DNA of 64,000 bases, taken from NCBI GenBank assembly GCA_964590575.1, contig CAZPWM010000004.1, positions 275 through 64,274 on the forward strand, in the 5' to 3' direction. Position 1 is the stretch's first letter; each line of letters begins with the position of its first letter. This stretch comes from an uncultured archaeon (GTDB lineage Archaea > Asgardarchaeota > Thorarchaeia > Thorarchaeales > Thorarchaeaceae). Positions 49,103-58,441 of the stretch are shown here, piece by piece. A program made the translations under genes and the position numbers. The notes below the pieces were generated by a model that was not told the DNA's origin, made no database searches, and was given only the letters and a program-made list of their open reading frames with translations.

Positions 49103-50191
49103 CTAGCGCTCGCGTTTGCCCTCAATATACTCATCGACACGTTTTCTTGCTTCGAAGTCGTCTATCTGAAAGCGTGGATGTTTAAAGCTATAAGAGCTGA
49201 TGCTTGAGAGCTCTCCTCCTATTCCTCTATCCAGTGCGATTTTTACAGCACGTGCAACATCGATGATAACTCCACCACTATTAGGCGAGTCCTGAACTGA
49301 TAATTTCAAGTCCAGATCAATTGGTAGGTCTCCAAAAGATTTCGACCTCATGCTGATGTAGCATACTTTGTTGTCTTGTAGGAACGGTACATAGTCACTC
49401 GGACCTATTTTAGTAGGTAGTTCATAATCAACACAGCTTGTGACTGCTTCAGTCTTGCTAATCCTCTTTGAGCTCAGTCTGTTTTCAACCTGCATATTTT
49501 CAAAATCGGTATTTCCACCTATGTTGAGCTGGTAAGTGTTCTGAAGAATCAGACCCCTCTTGTCAAACAGTTGAGCAAGAACACGATGAAGGATTGTTGC
49601 GCCAAGTTGACTCTTGATATCATCTCCTGCACATGGAATTCCTGCTTTTTCAAAAGCTTGTGCAAGAGGAGATTTAGGATCTGATACAATAAATTCAGGA
49701 ATTGCGTTGATGTAGCCTATTCCCGCATCCAGGGCAGCTTTAGCATAAATCCTTGAACTTTCTGCACTACCCACGGGGAGGTAGGATACGAGCAAATCTG
49801 CTTTGGACTTCTTCAATTCTTCAACAATATCAACAGGTTCTATCTCCTTCTCATCATAAGCAAAGAAGGACTCTCTCATGTGTGGTGCGACGCCATCTGA
49901 TATTGGGCCTGGTAGTACCTTAACGCCCATCTTTGGAACATCAGGGGCAAATGCAACACAACAGTTTGGTTCCGCCCACATAGCCTCTGCTATATCAAGA
50001 CCAATCTTCTTTTTGTTTGCTTCAAATGCCGCAACAAACTTGAGATCTTTTGGAAAGTAGCCGCCAAAATCAACATGCATTAGACCTGGGACTTCCTCAT
50101 CTGCCTTAGAGTTTCTATAGTAGTGTGTACCTTGAATCAACGCAGACGCACAATTACCAAGTCCAGCGATTGCTATTCGGACATCTCCCAT
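49103..50191 (-). CDS. myo-Inositol-1-phosphate synthase (archaeal short type)
   Basis: N-terminal VRIAIAGLGNCAS Rossmann motif and NAIPEF, AGDD, YQLNIGGNTDF segments resembling archaeal inositol-3-phosphate synthase. Confidence 0.55.
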   Translation of the reverse strand: MGDVRIAIAGLGNCASALIQGTHYYRNSKADEEVPGLMHVDFGGYFPKDLKFVAAFEANKKKIGLDIAEAMWAEPNCCVAFAPDVPKMGVKVLPGPISDGVAPHMRESFFAYDEKEIEPVDIVEELKKSKADLLVSYLPVGSAESSRIYAKAALDAGIGYINAIPEFIVSDPKSPLAQAFEKAGIPCAGDDIKSQLGATILHRVLAQLFDKRGLILQNTYQLNIGGNTDFENMQVENRLSSKRISKTEAVTSCVDYELPTKIGPSDYVPFLQDNKVCYISMRSKSFGDLPIDLDLKLSVQDSPNSGGVIIDVARAVKIALDRGIGGELSSISSYSFKHPRFQIDDFEARKRVDEYIEGKRER

Positions 50192-50265
50192 TTTTGATTC
50201 ACCTTACCCAAGTATTCTATAGCCATAGAATAGTTATTTCTTTTAAAACTTGTGAGCTGGCAATC

Positions 50266-51102
50266 TCAGGAATCTGAAGATTCCATGTCGTTTTCAGATG
50301 TTTCTGATTCACTGACCTCGTAATCTGAGAATAGCAACTTCTTAGCAGAGGCAATGGTCTTGGAACCAATCCCTGGTATCTTTCCCCAGTCGTCAATCTG
50401 AAGGATGGCTTCTTGAGGTGAACCGAATCGTTCCAGTAGATTCCTTGCTCGAACCACATTGACTCCAGGGAAACCTGCGATGAAGAATTCCTGTTCATCG
50501 TTCATCGAATCAAGACCTTTCCTCGTTCGAATCACAGGGAGTTTCTGCCCCGTTTGCTTTCTCTTTTCAGGATCTCCAACAAGAATCCCATATAGGAGCC
50601 CAGCTGAGTGCAATGCATTGAATCCTTTGATTACTTGAATGCCTCTCTCACTGATACTCTCAATCAATGCATCCAATGAGCTCGGATGGATATAGCTTGC
50701 TCGTTCCATTGTCACGAAGAACGGTTTTCCCTTTGTTTGTTTAGTGGAAAATGGGATGTAGACACATCCTTTCATTGGGTCTCTTCTGATGGCGAGGATA
50801 TTTTCTATTAGGACATAGGGCTTCTCGTACTCAAGCAGCGCATCCAACTGTTTGGTGAGTCGTGGTACACCTGCAGCACTGCCCTTGAGCGTGTTCACGA
50901 GATCATTTACGGTCTTTCTTTCAATCGCAATCCCATCGACTCCAAGAACATCTCCGATTGGGATTTTCTGAACAGAATAGGTGATCTCCTCTTTTTCTAA
51001 CATTGACATAAGATGCTTAACAGCATTCTTGCCTTTTCCACCAGTTTCATGTATATCGATAACTATCTCCGGTACGTTTCCAAAAAGGTCTGATTGCATC
51101 AT
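50266..51102 (-). CDS. Short XPF/ERCC4-family nuclease with a C-terminal (HhH)2
   Basis: ERCC4 catalytic motif IERKTVNDL; C-terminal GFPGVNVVRARNLLERFGS...IPGIGSKTIASAKKLL. Confidence 0.7.
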   Translation of the reverse strand: MMQSDLFGNVPEIVIDIHETGGKGKNAVKHLMSMLEKEEITYSVQKIPIGDVLGVDGIAIERKTVNDLVNTLKGSAAGVPRLTKQLDALLEYEKPYVLIENILAIRRDPMKGCVYIPFSTKQTKGKPFFVTMERASYIHPSSLDALIESISERGIQVIKGFNALHSAGLLYGILVGDPEKRKQTGQKLPVIRTRKGLDSMNDEQEFFIAGFPGVNVVRARNLLERFGSPQEAILQIDDWGKIPGIGSKTIASAKKLLFSDYEVSESETSENDMESSDS

Positions 51103-51749
51103 TAAACCCCATCAAAGAGCGTCATGACAGCAGCCATTGAAACCTCCCTTGCCAAATTTGGGTCATCGGCAGAACCTATGACTACAACATCATTGTTCTC
51201 AGGCCGCAGGCTCTCTATAATTAGTAGTGTTTCAGATTCATATGCTAGTAGAATGTGGAAATCATCTGGTGGCATGACCAATCGAACGTTTTTTTGAATG
51301 AGAGTTGATGCTCCTGCTTTCCCATATCCTCCCTGGATAATCGCTTCATCTCGCTGTCGAACACCATCAGTCACTTTTGATGCTTTGTCTTTTACAAGAT
51401 TCGCAAAGGCATATTCATACATCACAAGGCGCCTAACATCTAGCATTAGTCCAATGGGTACGTCGCGTATAATTTCGTCAAATAATCGTTGACCGCTAGA
51501 AGTCAGTTTCTGACCCTGTTTTCTCTCGGGTTCAATATAATCTGCTTCAGTAAGCCGTTTCAGTAGTGTTCTAGCGCTTCCCTCTCCTATTGACATTTTA
51601 TCACAGAGTTCATACCTTCCAAGGGGTTGCTCTCTGCCAATCATAATCAACGCCACCGCAGCCTGATGCGGTTTGAATGCCGGAGCCACACGGCCATCTG
51701 CGGGCTCAGAGAGTCTGATGAAGTCATCCTTCCATGTCAAACTATACAC
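51102..51749 (-). CDS. Winged-helix-containing hypothetical protein
   Basis: LGRYELCDKMSIGEGSARTLLKRLTEADYIE wH-like. Confidence 0.4.
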   Translation of the reverse strand: MYSLTWKDDFIRLSEPADGRVAPAFKPHQAAVALIMIGREQPLGRYELCDKMSIGEGSARTLLKRLTEADYIEPERKQGQKLTSSGQRLFDEIIRDVPIGLMLDVRRLVMYEYAFANLVKDKASKVTDGVRQRDEAIIQGGYGKAGASTLIQKNVRLVMPPDDFHILLAYESETLLIIESLRPENNDVVVIGSADDPNLAREVSMAAVMTLFDGV

Positions 51750-52344
51750 TCTCCAACATCTGGACTTTTACTTCTGAATCAGTACTCCAGATAAGGTCTT
51801 TGAGCTGTTTTGTTAATGCAGTATTTAACATGGGTACAGCCTGTGAGAATATCACAGCATTAGAAACAATATGAAGTAATGTGAATGGAATCGCAGCAGT
51901 AACCGCTATGAAGAATGGTACTCCAAAAGTCGCTGAATACCCCAGGTTTGTGATTTGTTCGAAAATGAAGGTGACAAAGGCGCCTGTAGTGGCAAGTTCC
52001 CATTTTCTAGGTTCTAGTTGCTTCCCATTAGTTCCACGTCTTCCCATTATTGATCCGATTGTTACAATATAGAACCACCCGATGATCTGCGACACCCAAA
52101 TCTGAGGAATAAAGCCCCCCCAAGGGTTAATCAATCCAAATAGCAAAGACATAATGAGAGTCGACCAGATGGCCATCTGAGCGCCGAAGATGTAAGCTGT
52201 TACAAACAAAACAGTAGAACCTAGCTCCAAATTTGGTATAGCAACCAATGCATAATTGCCAACTAATGCAAGAGCAGTCATAATAGCGGTTATAGAAACC
52301 CATCTACTTCCTCTCTTTTCTTTTCGAGATTCGTAGGTTTCCAT
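51742..52344 (-). CDS. Polytopic membrane protein, possibly an ECF-type S component
   Basis: Five or six TM segments; operon with a DUF4430-like protein. Confidence 0.4.
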   Translation of the reverse strand: METYESRKEKRGSRWVSITAIMTALALVGNYALVAIPNLELGSTVLFVTAYIFGAQMAIWSTLIMSLLFGLINPWGGFIPQIWVSQIIGWFYIVTIGSIMGRRGTNGKQLEPRKWELATTGAFVTFIFEQITNLGYSATFGVPFFIAVTAAIPFTLLHIVSNAVIFSQAVPMLNTALTKQLKDLIWSTDSEVKVQMLESV

Positions 52345-52363
52345 GACTACATACCTTCATGAT

Positions 52364-53113
52364 TTAATTGCGCCGACTCAATATGACATAAGATATGAAT
52401 ACCGCCCCAAGAACTGCACCACCAATTATCAGTAGATATAGTCCTTGTTGAGGTTCTACTAGGGGAGTACCGGACCCTTCAAGACTGATTTCTAGATTGT
52501 ATGGAACACCAAAAGAGTAACTTGTGCTTGCTTCCACAAGCACACCGGTCGCTAGACAATAGGCCAAGTGAGTTCTTTGTGGGTCGCCAAACCCTGATGG
52601 ATCCTGCTCATAATCAAATACTATGCATTCTAATTGGACATTACCAACAGAGATATTCTCGTAGTGAGAAGTCATCGTTCCATTAAGGAAGTTACCAGAC
52701 ACCCGTTCTGCTGATGCAAAAGCTGTCGCATTCAAACTTTCGATGTTACTCTCTCCAACCCCCACTATGAGTCCTGGCCACCACTCAGTAGGTGTGCCCC
52801 ATACACCGAGAGTCAGATCTTTAGCGATTTCTGTATCATTTGCGACCACAGACACATTTCCTATTGTGAGTTGGCCAACGACATCATCACTAACACTTTG
52901 AATACTAAATCTCATTAGACTCCCATTTTCTGCAAGCCAGTTTCCACCATTAGTATAATACAGGTTGAAAGCAGATGTTGGGGTTGCTTCTACACGCCAT
53001 TCTAGGATTTTACCATTCTCGATTTCTGAACTATACCCATCTGTTTGTGGTGTCATTGTCATAGAAAACATAAGCAGTGCAACTATTAGTGAAAGGATTA
53101 TTTTTCTTCTCAT
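52364..53113 (-). CDS. Surface (glyco)protein with a signal peptide and a C-terminal TM anchor
   Basis: MRRKIILSLIVALLMFSMT signal; many N-x-S/T sequons; C-terminal LYLLIIGGAVLGAVFISYVIL. Confidence 0.45.
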   Translation of the reverse strand: MRRKIILSLIVALLMFSMTMTPQTDGYSSEIENGKILEWRVEATPTSAFNLYYTNGGNWLAENGSLMRFSIQSVSDDVVGQLTIGNVSVVANDTEIAKDLTLGVWGTPTEWWPGLIVGVGESNIESLNATAFASAERVSGNFLNGTMTSHYENISVGNVQLECIVFDYEQDPSGFGDPQRTHLAYCLATGVLVEASTSYSFGVPYNLEISLEGSGTPLVEPQQGLYLLIIGGAVLGAVFISYVILSRRN

Positions 53114-53114
53114 T

Positions 53115-53564
53115 CTATCGGATTCTCCTTGTAGTCTGAATATAGGCCAAGGCCATGAAACCGAAACCAGACGCCGAAATGATAACCACTCCGGGAATGA
53201 ATGTGGGGTCTTGCTGAGTTCCTGGAGCTGGAGATGAGAATGCCCACAAGATTGTGTCACCATTTTCAAGTGAATAGAGATTGACTGCTATCGATGCAAA
53301 CTCATCATTTACCCAATATTGCCATCCATATTCTCCTTCACCTATTAATCCTTCAATGCCTTTGATATATGCAAGAGTACCAAACCACCGCACCTCAACA
53401 TCAAGCACCGAGGACGTTACTTCAAGGACATTAGACCCGTTAAGACCGCTGAATTCTCTGATGGTTCCATTTCCAAAGTCTACAGTGAGTGTAATTCCCT
53501 CTGCTGCAATAATAACCTCCGAGTCGCTCTGGGCATGAGAACTGGTGACCAAACTCATCATCAC
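53115..53564 (-). CDS. DUF4430-like (transcobalamin-like) secreted protein; true start uncertain
   Basis: LTVDFGNGTIREF...GWQYWVNDEF resembles DUF4430; the in-frame upstream sequence continues as a signal peptide but has no ATG. Confidence 0.4.
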   Translation of the reverse strand: MMMSLVTSSHAQSDSEVIIAAEGITLTVDFGNGTIREFSGLNGSNVLEVTSSVLDVEVRWFGTLAYIKGIEGLIGEGEYGWQYWVNDEFASIAVNLYSLENGDTILWAFSSPAPGTQQDPTFIPGVVIISASGFGFMALAYIQTTRRIR

Positions 53565-53746
53565 TATCAGAACGAGTATCAGAGGAATGCTATATTTTCG
53601 TAGGGTCAGATTTTACACACTCTAGGATAGGTTAACCTATCCTACGATTTCCATCATATAAGCTTTCCTTCTCTCAACCTAACCGAAGCATCTAATACGA
53701 GCTCGAGTTTGAGAACTGTTGTTCGTGCATCTAGGAGAAATCTCTC

Positions 53747-54394
53747 TTGTCTGATACGACTCACATTAAAACCAAAGGGTTCCTCTTTGTCCTTGAAGGG
53801 ATAGATGGCTCAGGTAAAACCTGTGCTTGCGAGGAATTAGTTAAGAGATTGCAATCTGATGGGTACTATGTAGAGTATCTTAGAGAGCCCACAAATGAGA
53901 GTCCGTGGGGAAAAGAGATGCGCGAAAGGTCCCCCCGTGGGGAACTCACCCCCGAAGAGGAACTTGAGCTTTTCATCAAAGACCGTGAGTGGCACATAGC
54001 AAATAAGATTCGACCTGCTCTTGAGAAAGGGAAGGTCGTTCTGATGGACCGCTACTTCTTTGCTACTGGAGCGTATCAGTCAACAGTGATGGACCTTCAT
54101 TGGAAAGAAATCCTTCGAAGAAATCGTGAGGAGATTTCAGCTCCAGAACCTGATATTGCATTCATACTTGATGTTCCTGCTGAGATAGGCCTCGAACGAG
54201 CCACTGGACGAACTGGGAAGGCAAATCTACAGTTCGAAAAGCTTGACCGTTTAGTAAAGGTTCGTCAGGCCTATCTTGAGATAGCTGAGAATGATTGTGG
54301 AACGTTTAAAGTGATTAATGCCAAGAATCCACTAGATCAAGTTGTGGATGAGATTTATGACATCATCACGGATACAATAATACTGAACGACTAG
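53747..54394 (+). CDS. tmk: Thymidylate kinase
   Basis: P-loop LEGIDGSGKT, DRY and lid regions. Confidence 0.75.
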   Translation: MSDTTHIKTKGFLFVLEGIDGSGKTCACEELVKRLQSDGYYVEYLREPTNESPWGKEMRERSPRGELTPEEELELFIKDREWHIANKIRPALEKGKVVLMDRYFFATGAYQSTVMDLHWKEILRRNREEISAPEPDIAFILDVPAEIGLERATGRTGKANLQFEKLDRLVKVRQAYLEIAENDCGTFKVINAKNPLDQVVDEIYDIITDTIILND

Positions 54395-54558
54395 TGTTTT
54401 TCCCTTATATAAGGGGCCAGTTTCTAAAAAGCGCTGAAGAAGTCGATATTTCTTATAGTCGGGTCCAAATAAGACAAGGTTTTTTAGGATGGCTCCATGC
54501 ATCGTAAATCAATCTAGCTTTACAATCACCATGCTCCAGGGACTGGGAGAGAAGTAAA

Positions 54559-55698
54559 ATGCCCGTCGCGATGTTACTCATAGATTGGGACTCAAAGATA
54601 GGCGCTGTCCTAAAGGCTAAGGTTCCTGCGGACTTTGCGGACTATTATAGGGAAGATCTCAATACAGAGATTATGCGTATCTTCACGTCACACGCAATGG
54701 GTGACGCAACCGCTGGATTCTCGTCATTGAGTGTTAGAATTGGAGGAGAAGAATATGGTGTAGCCTCCTACTACACAGGAGTTGTTAGAGAGGAGGAACA
54801 GTACTGTGTATCACTCTTACTAACACCCTCAGAGGATCCGAAGACTTACGAGGCTGCAATTACCTCCATAGTCACACCCCTCACTAACGCGGTCGTTGCC
54901 ATGACTGACGCTGAACTGCGGACTGAAATCGACAATACCTACCGTCGGATTATCAGACTTGCGGGAATGACTGACGAGTCACGTCTTGCGAGATTATTTT
55001 CAGATGAGGTTTCGCGAGCTGTGTTTCCGAAGCTCTGGAAAGGAGGCATTTCCAAGGAGGAGCTCGAGGAATGGCTCAAAATGGTCACAGGATTACCTAG
55101 TGTGAGTGTGGACTCCGTCATTGCACCATTTGAAGAATTAGGTCTTGTAAAGACTGAGTGGGTTGATGAGATTGGTCGAACCTGCGTCTTCATGATCAAA
55201 GACCTTGAAGTTTTCAGAGCACCACCACTCATAGCAATGGAGTCAGCTAGTAGTGTTTTAGACCCCGAGCTTGCTGCTGAATACAAGACTGAAGTTTTGG
55301 AGTTCCTAACTGAATGGCAAAAGACTCCTGAAGACACAGTTTCTGTTGCACAGGTATTGGCTGATCCCGACTGTTATGATACGCTTAGTGAGCTGAGAAG
55401 ACGACCCGTCAACATTTCAGAACTGGAAGCGACTCTTGCTATTCCCCCAAAGGAGTTGAAGTCTGCGATTCAGACTCTCAAGAAATTCCGAATTATATCT
55501 GAAAAGAGAAGAAAGGGCGCCTCTGGTGAGTATGACAAATGGTTATTCTTGCTTAACGATATACGCGTGAGACTGTTCTTCCCAGAGTATTTCCTTCAGA
55601 CACTTGTCACAGATCTTGAGAAAACTCCGGATGATCCAAAGCAGATGGAGATGGTCCATCATCACCTGCGTTTGCTACGGGACAACTTCCCACGATAA
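54559..55698 (+). CDS. Hypothetical protein with a longin/roadblock-like N-terminal fold, upstream of an Arf-like GTPase
   Basis: Alternating beta/alpha pattern AMLLIDWDSKIGAVLKAKVP...YCVSLLLTP; inference only. Confidence 0.35.
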   Translation: MPVAMLLIDWDSKIGAVLKAKVPADFADYYREDLNTEIMRIFTSHAMGDATAGFSSLSVRIGGEEYGVASYYTGVVREEEQYCVSLLLTPSEDPKTYEAAITSIVTPLTNAVVAMTDAELRTEIDNTYRRIIRLAGMTDESRLARLFSDEVSRAVFPKLWKGGISKEELEEWLKMVTGLPSVSVDSVIAPFEELGLVKTEWVDEIGRTCVFMIKDLEVFRAPPLIAMESASSVLDPELAAEYKTEVLEFLTEWQKTPEDTVSVAQVLADPDCYDTLSELRRRPVNISELEATLAIPPKELKSAIQTLKKFRIISEKRRKGASGEYDKWLFLLNDIRVRLFFPEYFLQTLVTDLEKTPDDPKQMEMVHHHLRLLRDNFPR

Positions 55699-55904
55699 GT
55701 GAAGTTACTTCCATGTGTGATTGAAATCATACGCATTTAGCGGAATTACAATTGGGATTTCTGGTTCTTTCGATTGCGATTCTTCAACCTGATTCAATCA
55801 ATCCGTGATAATTTCATTGAACTTGGCACAAGACGAGTTCCGTATAAACCTAGAAAGCTTCATATGGTATTTTACCTTCTCGCTTAGTGAATCTTCGTAA
55901 CAGG

Positions 55905-56200
55905 GTCGCATGGTTTCCCCCGTCAAGGAACTCGCGTGTTAACACGGTCCCAAAGTGAGTTCTGGTCCCTATTGCCTGTTACTAGGCAAATCTTGCGCAT
56001 GTAATTTTTAACCATGCATCCTGTTAGGAAGAGCTCCACGGATGCGGAAGGTTCGCCTTGGCGGACCAGCCGCTCCAACCTTATTCACGCTGAGGGCATT
56101 AATAGACACACGGAATATCAAAATATACACACAGAACATCTTAATCTACAACCAAAAAATAACTTGCAGACTAAGAGGCTTCAAAAAACCAGGCCTCTCG
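55905..56200 (+). ncRNA. Candidate structured RNA (unassigned) in a GC-rich segment upstream of, or overlapping, the annotated GTPase 5' end
   Basis: Long-range pairing GCATGGTT (55908-15) with AACCATGC (56010-17); local hairpins CGTGTTAACACG (55935-46), GCCTGTTACTAGGC, CGCCTTGGCG (56055-64), AGAGGC-(13)-GCCTCT (56174-98); the region is GC-rich against AT-rich flanks and its translation is Arg/Ser/Pro-rich. Confidence 0.25.
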
Positions 56201-56202
56201 GT

Positions 56203-58014
56203 TTGATTGAACCTGGTGATATCGAAGTGATTCACAACACCTTCCTTGTTCGCATATCCAACCGGCAAATAATTGCATCTACCCAGTATTGGCCAGTTGA
56301 GGTGAGAAACGAAGCACTGAATGAATTCATCTCCACAAGAGAGGATCTCAGAACAGAACATGGCCAGGTGTCAGAACTACCTCTGATTATTGGGGATCAC
56401 AAATTCCTAGGAAAAGACTGGATTGAGGATTCAGTTCTTGTTTTCGTTACCGACAAGGGTGAGGATGAAAGCAATACCTATGAAAAGATAGACTTGGCTT
56501 TGAAAGCTCTTAGAACGACTTTCAAAAAGAAAGGGATTGAAGGAGCAATCAAGAATTATAGCAATCTTATCGAACCTTCTATTACAACTAGACTCAAGAT
56601 TGCTCTGGTCGGAGAAGGTGGTGTTGGGAAAACAACTACCTTGCATCTCCTCTTAGGTGATACGCCACCTCTACAGTATGTTCCAACAATAGCGTTGAAT
56701 TTAGAAACAGTTGAGAACATTCGCTTTGGCAACTACTCTCTGGTTCTATGGGACTTTGCTGGACAGGAACGGTTTCGAACTTTGTGGCGGTTCTACTTCC
56801 ATGGTGCAGATGTTATTTTCCTCGTGTGTGACTCCACTTTAAGGAACGTCATCATAAGCAAAGATATTCTCAAACTAATCAAACGAGATGCACCAAAGGT
56901 GCCTATATTTGCATTAGCAAATAAGCAGGATAAACCAAATGCTATGAAACCTGAAGTTGTTCAGAAGATTCTAGGGATTCCTACATATTCTATGGTGGCT
57001 ATCGACAAAGACCGTCGCGACGAAATGTTACGTATTCTTATGACTGCAGCTGCGCAGTACGTTGGCGTGGCTCTCCCAGACCTTCCTGCCGCAGAGCTAC
57101 TGAAATTCACAGACGCAGCCACTAAAGAAGCAATTGCAGAAGCAGATGCCATAGAGGTTAAGGCAATCGAAGAGGAAGAGATCGAGGAAGAAGAAGAGAT
57201 TGAAGAAGAACTTGAGGATGAAGAGTACGAAGAAGTAATTGAAGAAATCTTTGTTGATGAAGAAGGTCACGTGATTGAAAATCTCGATGAGTATGAGATT
57301 GTTGAAGAAGATGCAGATGAATCCATAGCGGTACCTACTGCAGCGGATGAAGTTGAGATAGAGGTTGAATCTCCGGAAGCGTTTGATATCCCTACAGTGG
57401 ATGATGCAGAGATTATAGAAGAGGTAGAAATTGAAATAGAGTCAGAACCTGAGCCAATTGAAGAATTCATTGAAGATGTTGTAAAGGAACCTATTGAGGC
57501 TTTTGAGGCGATTGCAGAAGAAGGTCCTGTGATCGAAGTGGTTACTAAAGATGAGCCAGAATCTGAACCTGTTGGAGCAGAGACTGAGACAGCTGAAGCG
57601 ACATATTTCGATTCTGGACCTGTATTAATAATAGAAGAGAATACTGACGCAATGAAGATGGCTAAGGATATCATCTTTGAGGCTCTTGAAACAGATGATA
57701 TTGATGATATTATTGCAACTGAGATTGAACAAGCCTCTGACGAAGAGATAGATACTGCTCTTCAGGCGATTGGGAGCGACGAAACAATCCCACTTGAAAA
57801 TGAACTTGTAGAGACTGAAGAGATTGATGCTGAATCGCTAATCGAACTTGAAAAATTTCTAGGTCCCTTGGATCGGCCCATTGGTGGTACTGGAATTGTA
57901 AAAACAGATGAAGATGATGAAGAAAACGACTCTTATCTCCCACTCAACGGTGAAACCCTTGCTGAGCTTGACCGTCTGTTCGATGCAAGTCAGGAAGACG
58001 GCGATTCAGACTGA
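56203..58014 (+). CDS. Arf/Arl-like small GTPase with an N-terminal Roadblock-like domain and a roughly 330-aa acidic low-complexity tail
   Basis: G1 GEGGVGKTT, Arf-type WDFAGQERFRTLWRFYF, NKQD; the C-terminus is made of E/D/I-rich repeats; start uncertain (the TTG at 56203 is chosen, the track ATG at 56014 is probably non-coding). Confidence 0.6.
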   Translation: MIEPGDIEVIHNTFLVRISNRQIIASTQYWPVEVRNEALNEFISTREDLRTEHGQVSELPLIIGDHKFLGKDWIEDSVLVFVTDKGEDESNTYEKIDLALKALRTTFKKKGIEGAIKNYSNLIEPSITTRLKIALVGEGGVGKTTTLHLLLGDTPPLQYVPTIALNLETVENIRFGNYSLVLWDFAGQERFRTLWRFYFHGADVIFLVCDSTLRNVIISKDILKLIKRDAPKVPIFALANKQDKPNAMKPEVVQKILGIPTYSMVAIDKDRRDEMLRILMTAAAQYVGVALPDLPAAELLKFTDAATKEAIAEADAIEVKAIEEEEIEEEEEIEEELEDEEYEEVIEEIFVDEEGHVIENLDEYEIVEEDADESIAVPTAADEVEIEVESPEAFDIPTVDDAEIIEEVEIEIESEPEPIEEFIEDVVKEPIEAFEAIAEEGPVIEVVTKDEPESEPVGAETETAEATYFDSGPVLIIEENTDAMKMAKDIIFEALETDDIDDIIATEIEQASDEEIDTALQAIGSDETIPLENELVETEEIDAESLIELEKFLGPLDRPIGGTGIVKTDEDDEENDSYLPLNGETLAELDRLFDASQEDGDSD

Positions 58015-58037
58015 TTCTGACAAGCGGAAAGACTGAT

Positions 58038-58430
58038 TTGCTAGTATGCTTCAACAAACCAGAGGAAAATTGCTTGAAATTATCTGAAGTTGAAGCAGGA
58101 AAGAATGTCATAGAATTGATTGTCCGCATTGTTTCCGTAGCACCGCCCAAGATGGTTAGCACTCGAGCAGGACGGAAGACCCAACTAACAGAAGTTCTTA
58201 TTGCTGACGAAACAGGATCCACTATTCTCTCACTATGGGGATTTGGGGAGGGTTCAGACCTTTCTGCAGGCAAAGTGATACGAATCGATGATGGCTGGGC
58301 AAAAGACTGGAGAGGGAAGGTTCAGCTCTCACTAGGCCGCTCCGGAAAATATGAGGTTCTTGTAGATGATGGGTCCGTTCCATCAATCACTGAAATTGGT
58401 GCAGCAACAGAATCTACTGGACCTGAGTAA
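58038..58430 (+). CDS. ssb: Single-OB-fold ssDNA-binding protein (SSB/RPA-like)
   Basis: IADETGSTILSLWG...GKVIRIDDGWAKDWRGKVQLSLG parallels the crenarchaeal SSB OB core. Confidence 0.65.
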   Translation: MLVCFNKPEENCLKLSEVEAGKNVIELIVRIVSVAPPKMVSTRAGRKTQLTEVLIADETGSTILSLWGFGEGSDLSAGKVIRIDDGWAKDWRGKVQLSLGRSGKYEVLVDDGSVPSITEIGAATESTGPE

Positions 58431-58441
58431 TAGTCGTAAGT

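Noticed and set aside
55905-56200. Assignment of the structured segment to RNase P RNA or SRP RNA
   Set aside because: Neither the RNase P P4 motifs (GGAAAGUCC / ACAGAA) nor a convincing SRP helix-8 GGAA...AGCAGCC arrangement is present; left unassigned
56014-56202. N-terminal 63 codons of the track ORF 56014-58014
   Set aside because: The Arg/Ser/Pro-rich translation and the GC-rich hairpin-dense DNA look non-coding; I moved the start downstream to the TTG at 56203, with uncertainty
57100-57950. GAA/GAG-rich repetitive DNA that might be mistaken for a CRISPR or microsatellite array
   Set aside because: It is in frame with the GTPase and encodes the poly-acidic tail; the repeats are irregular codon-level repeats with no spacer-repeat periodicity
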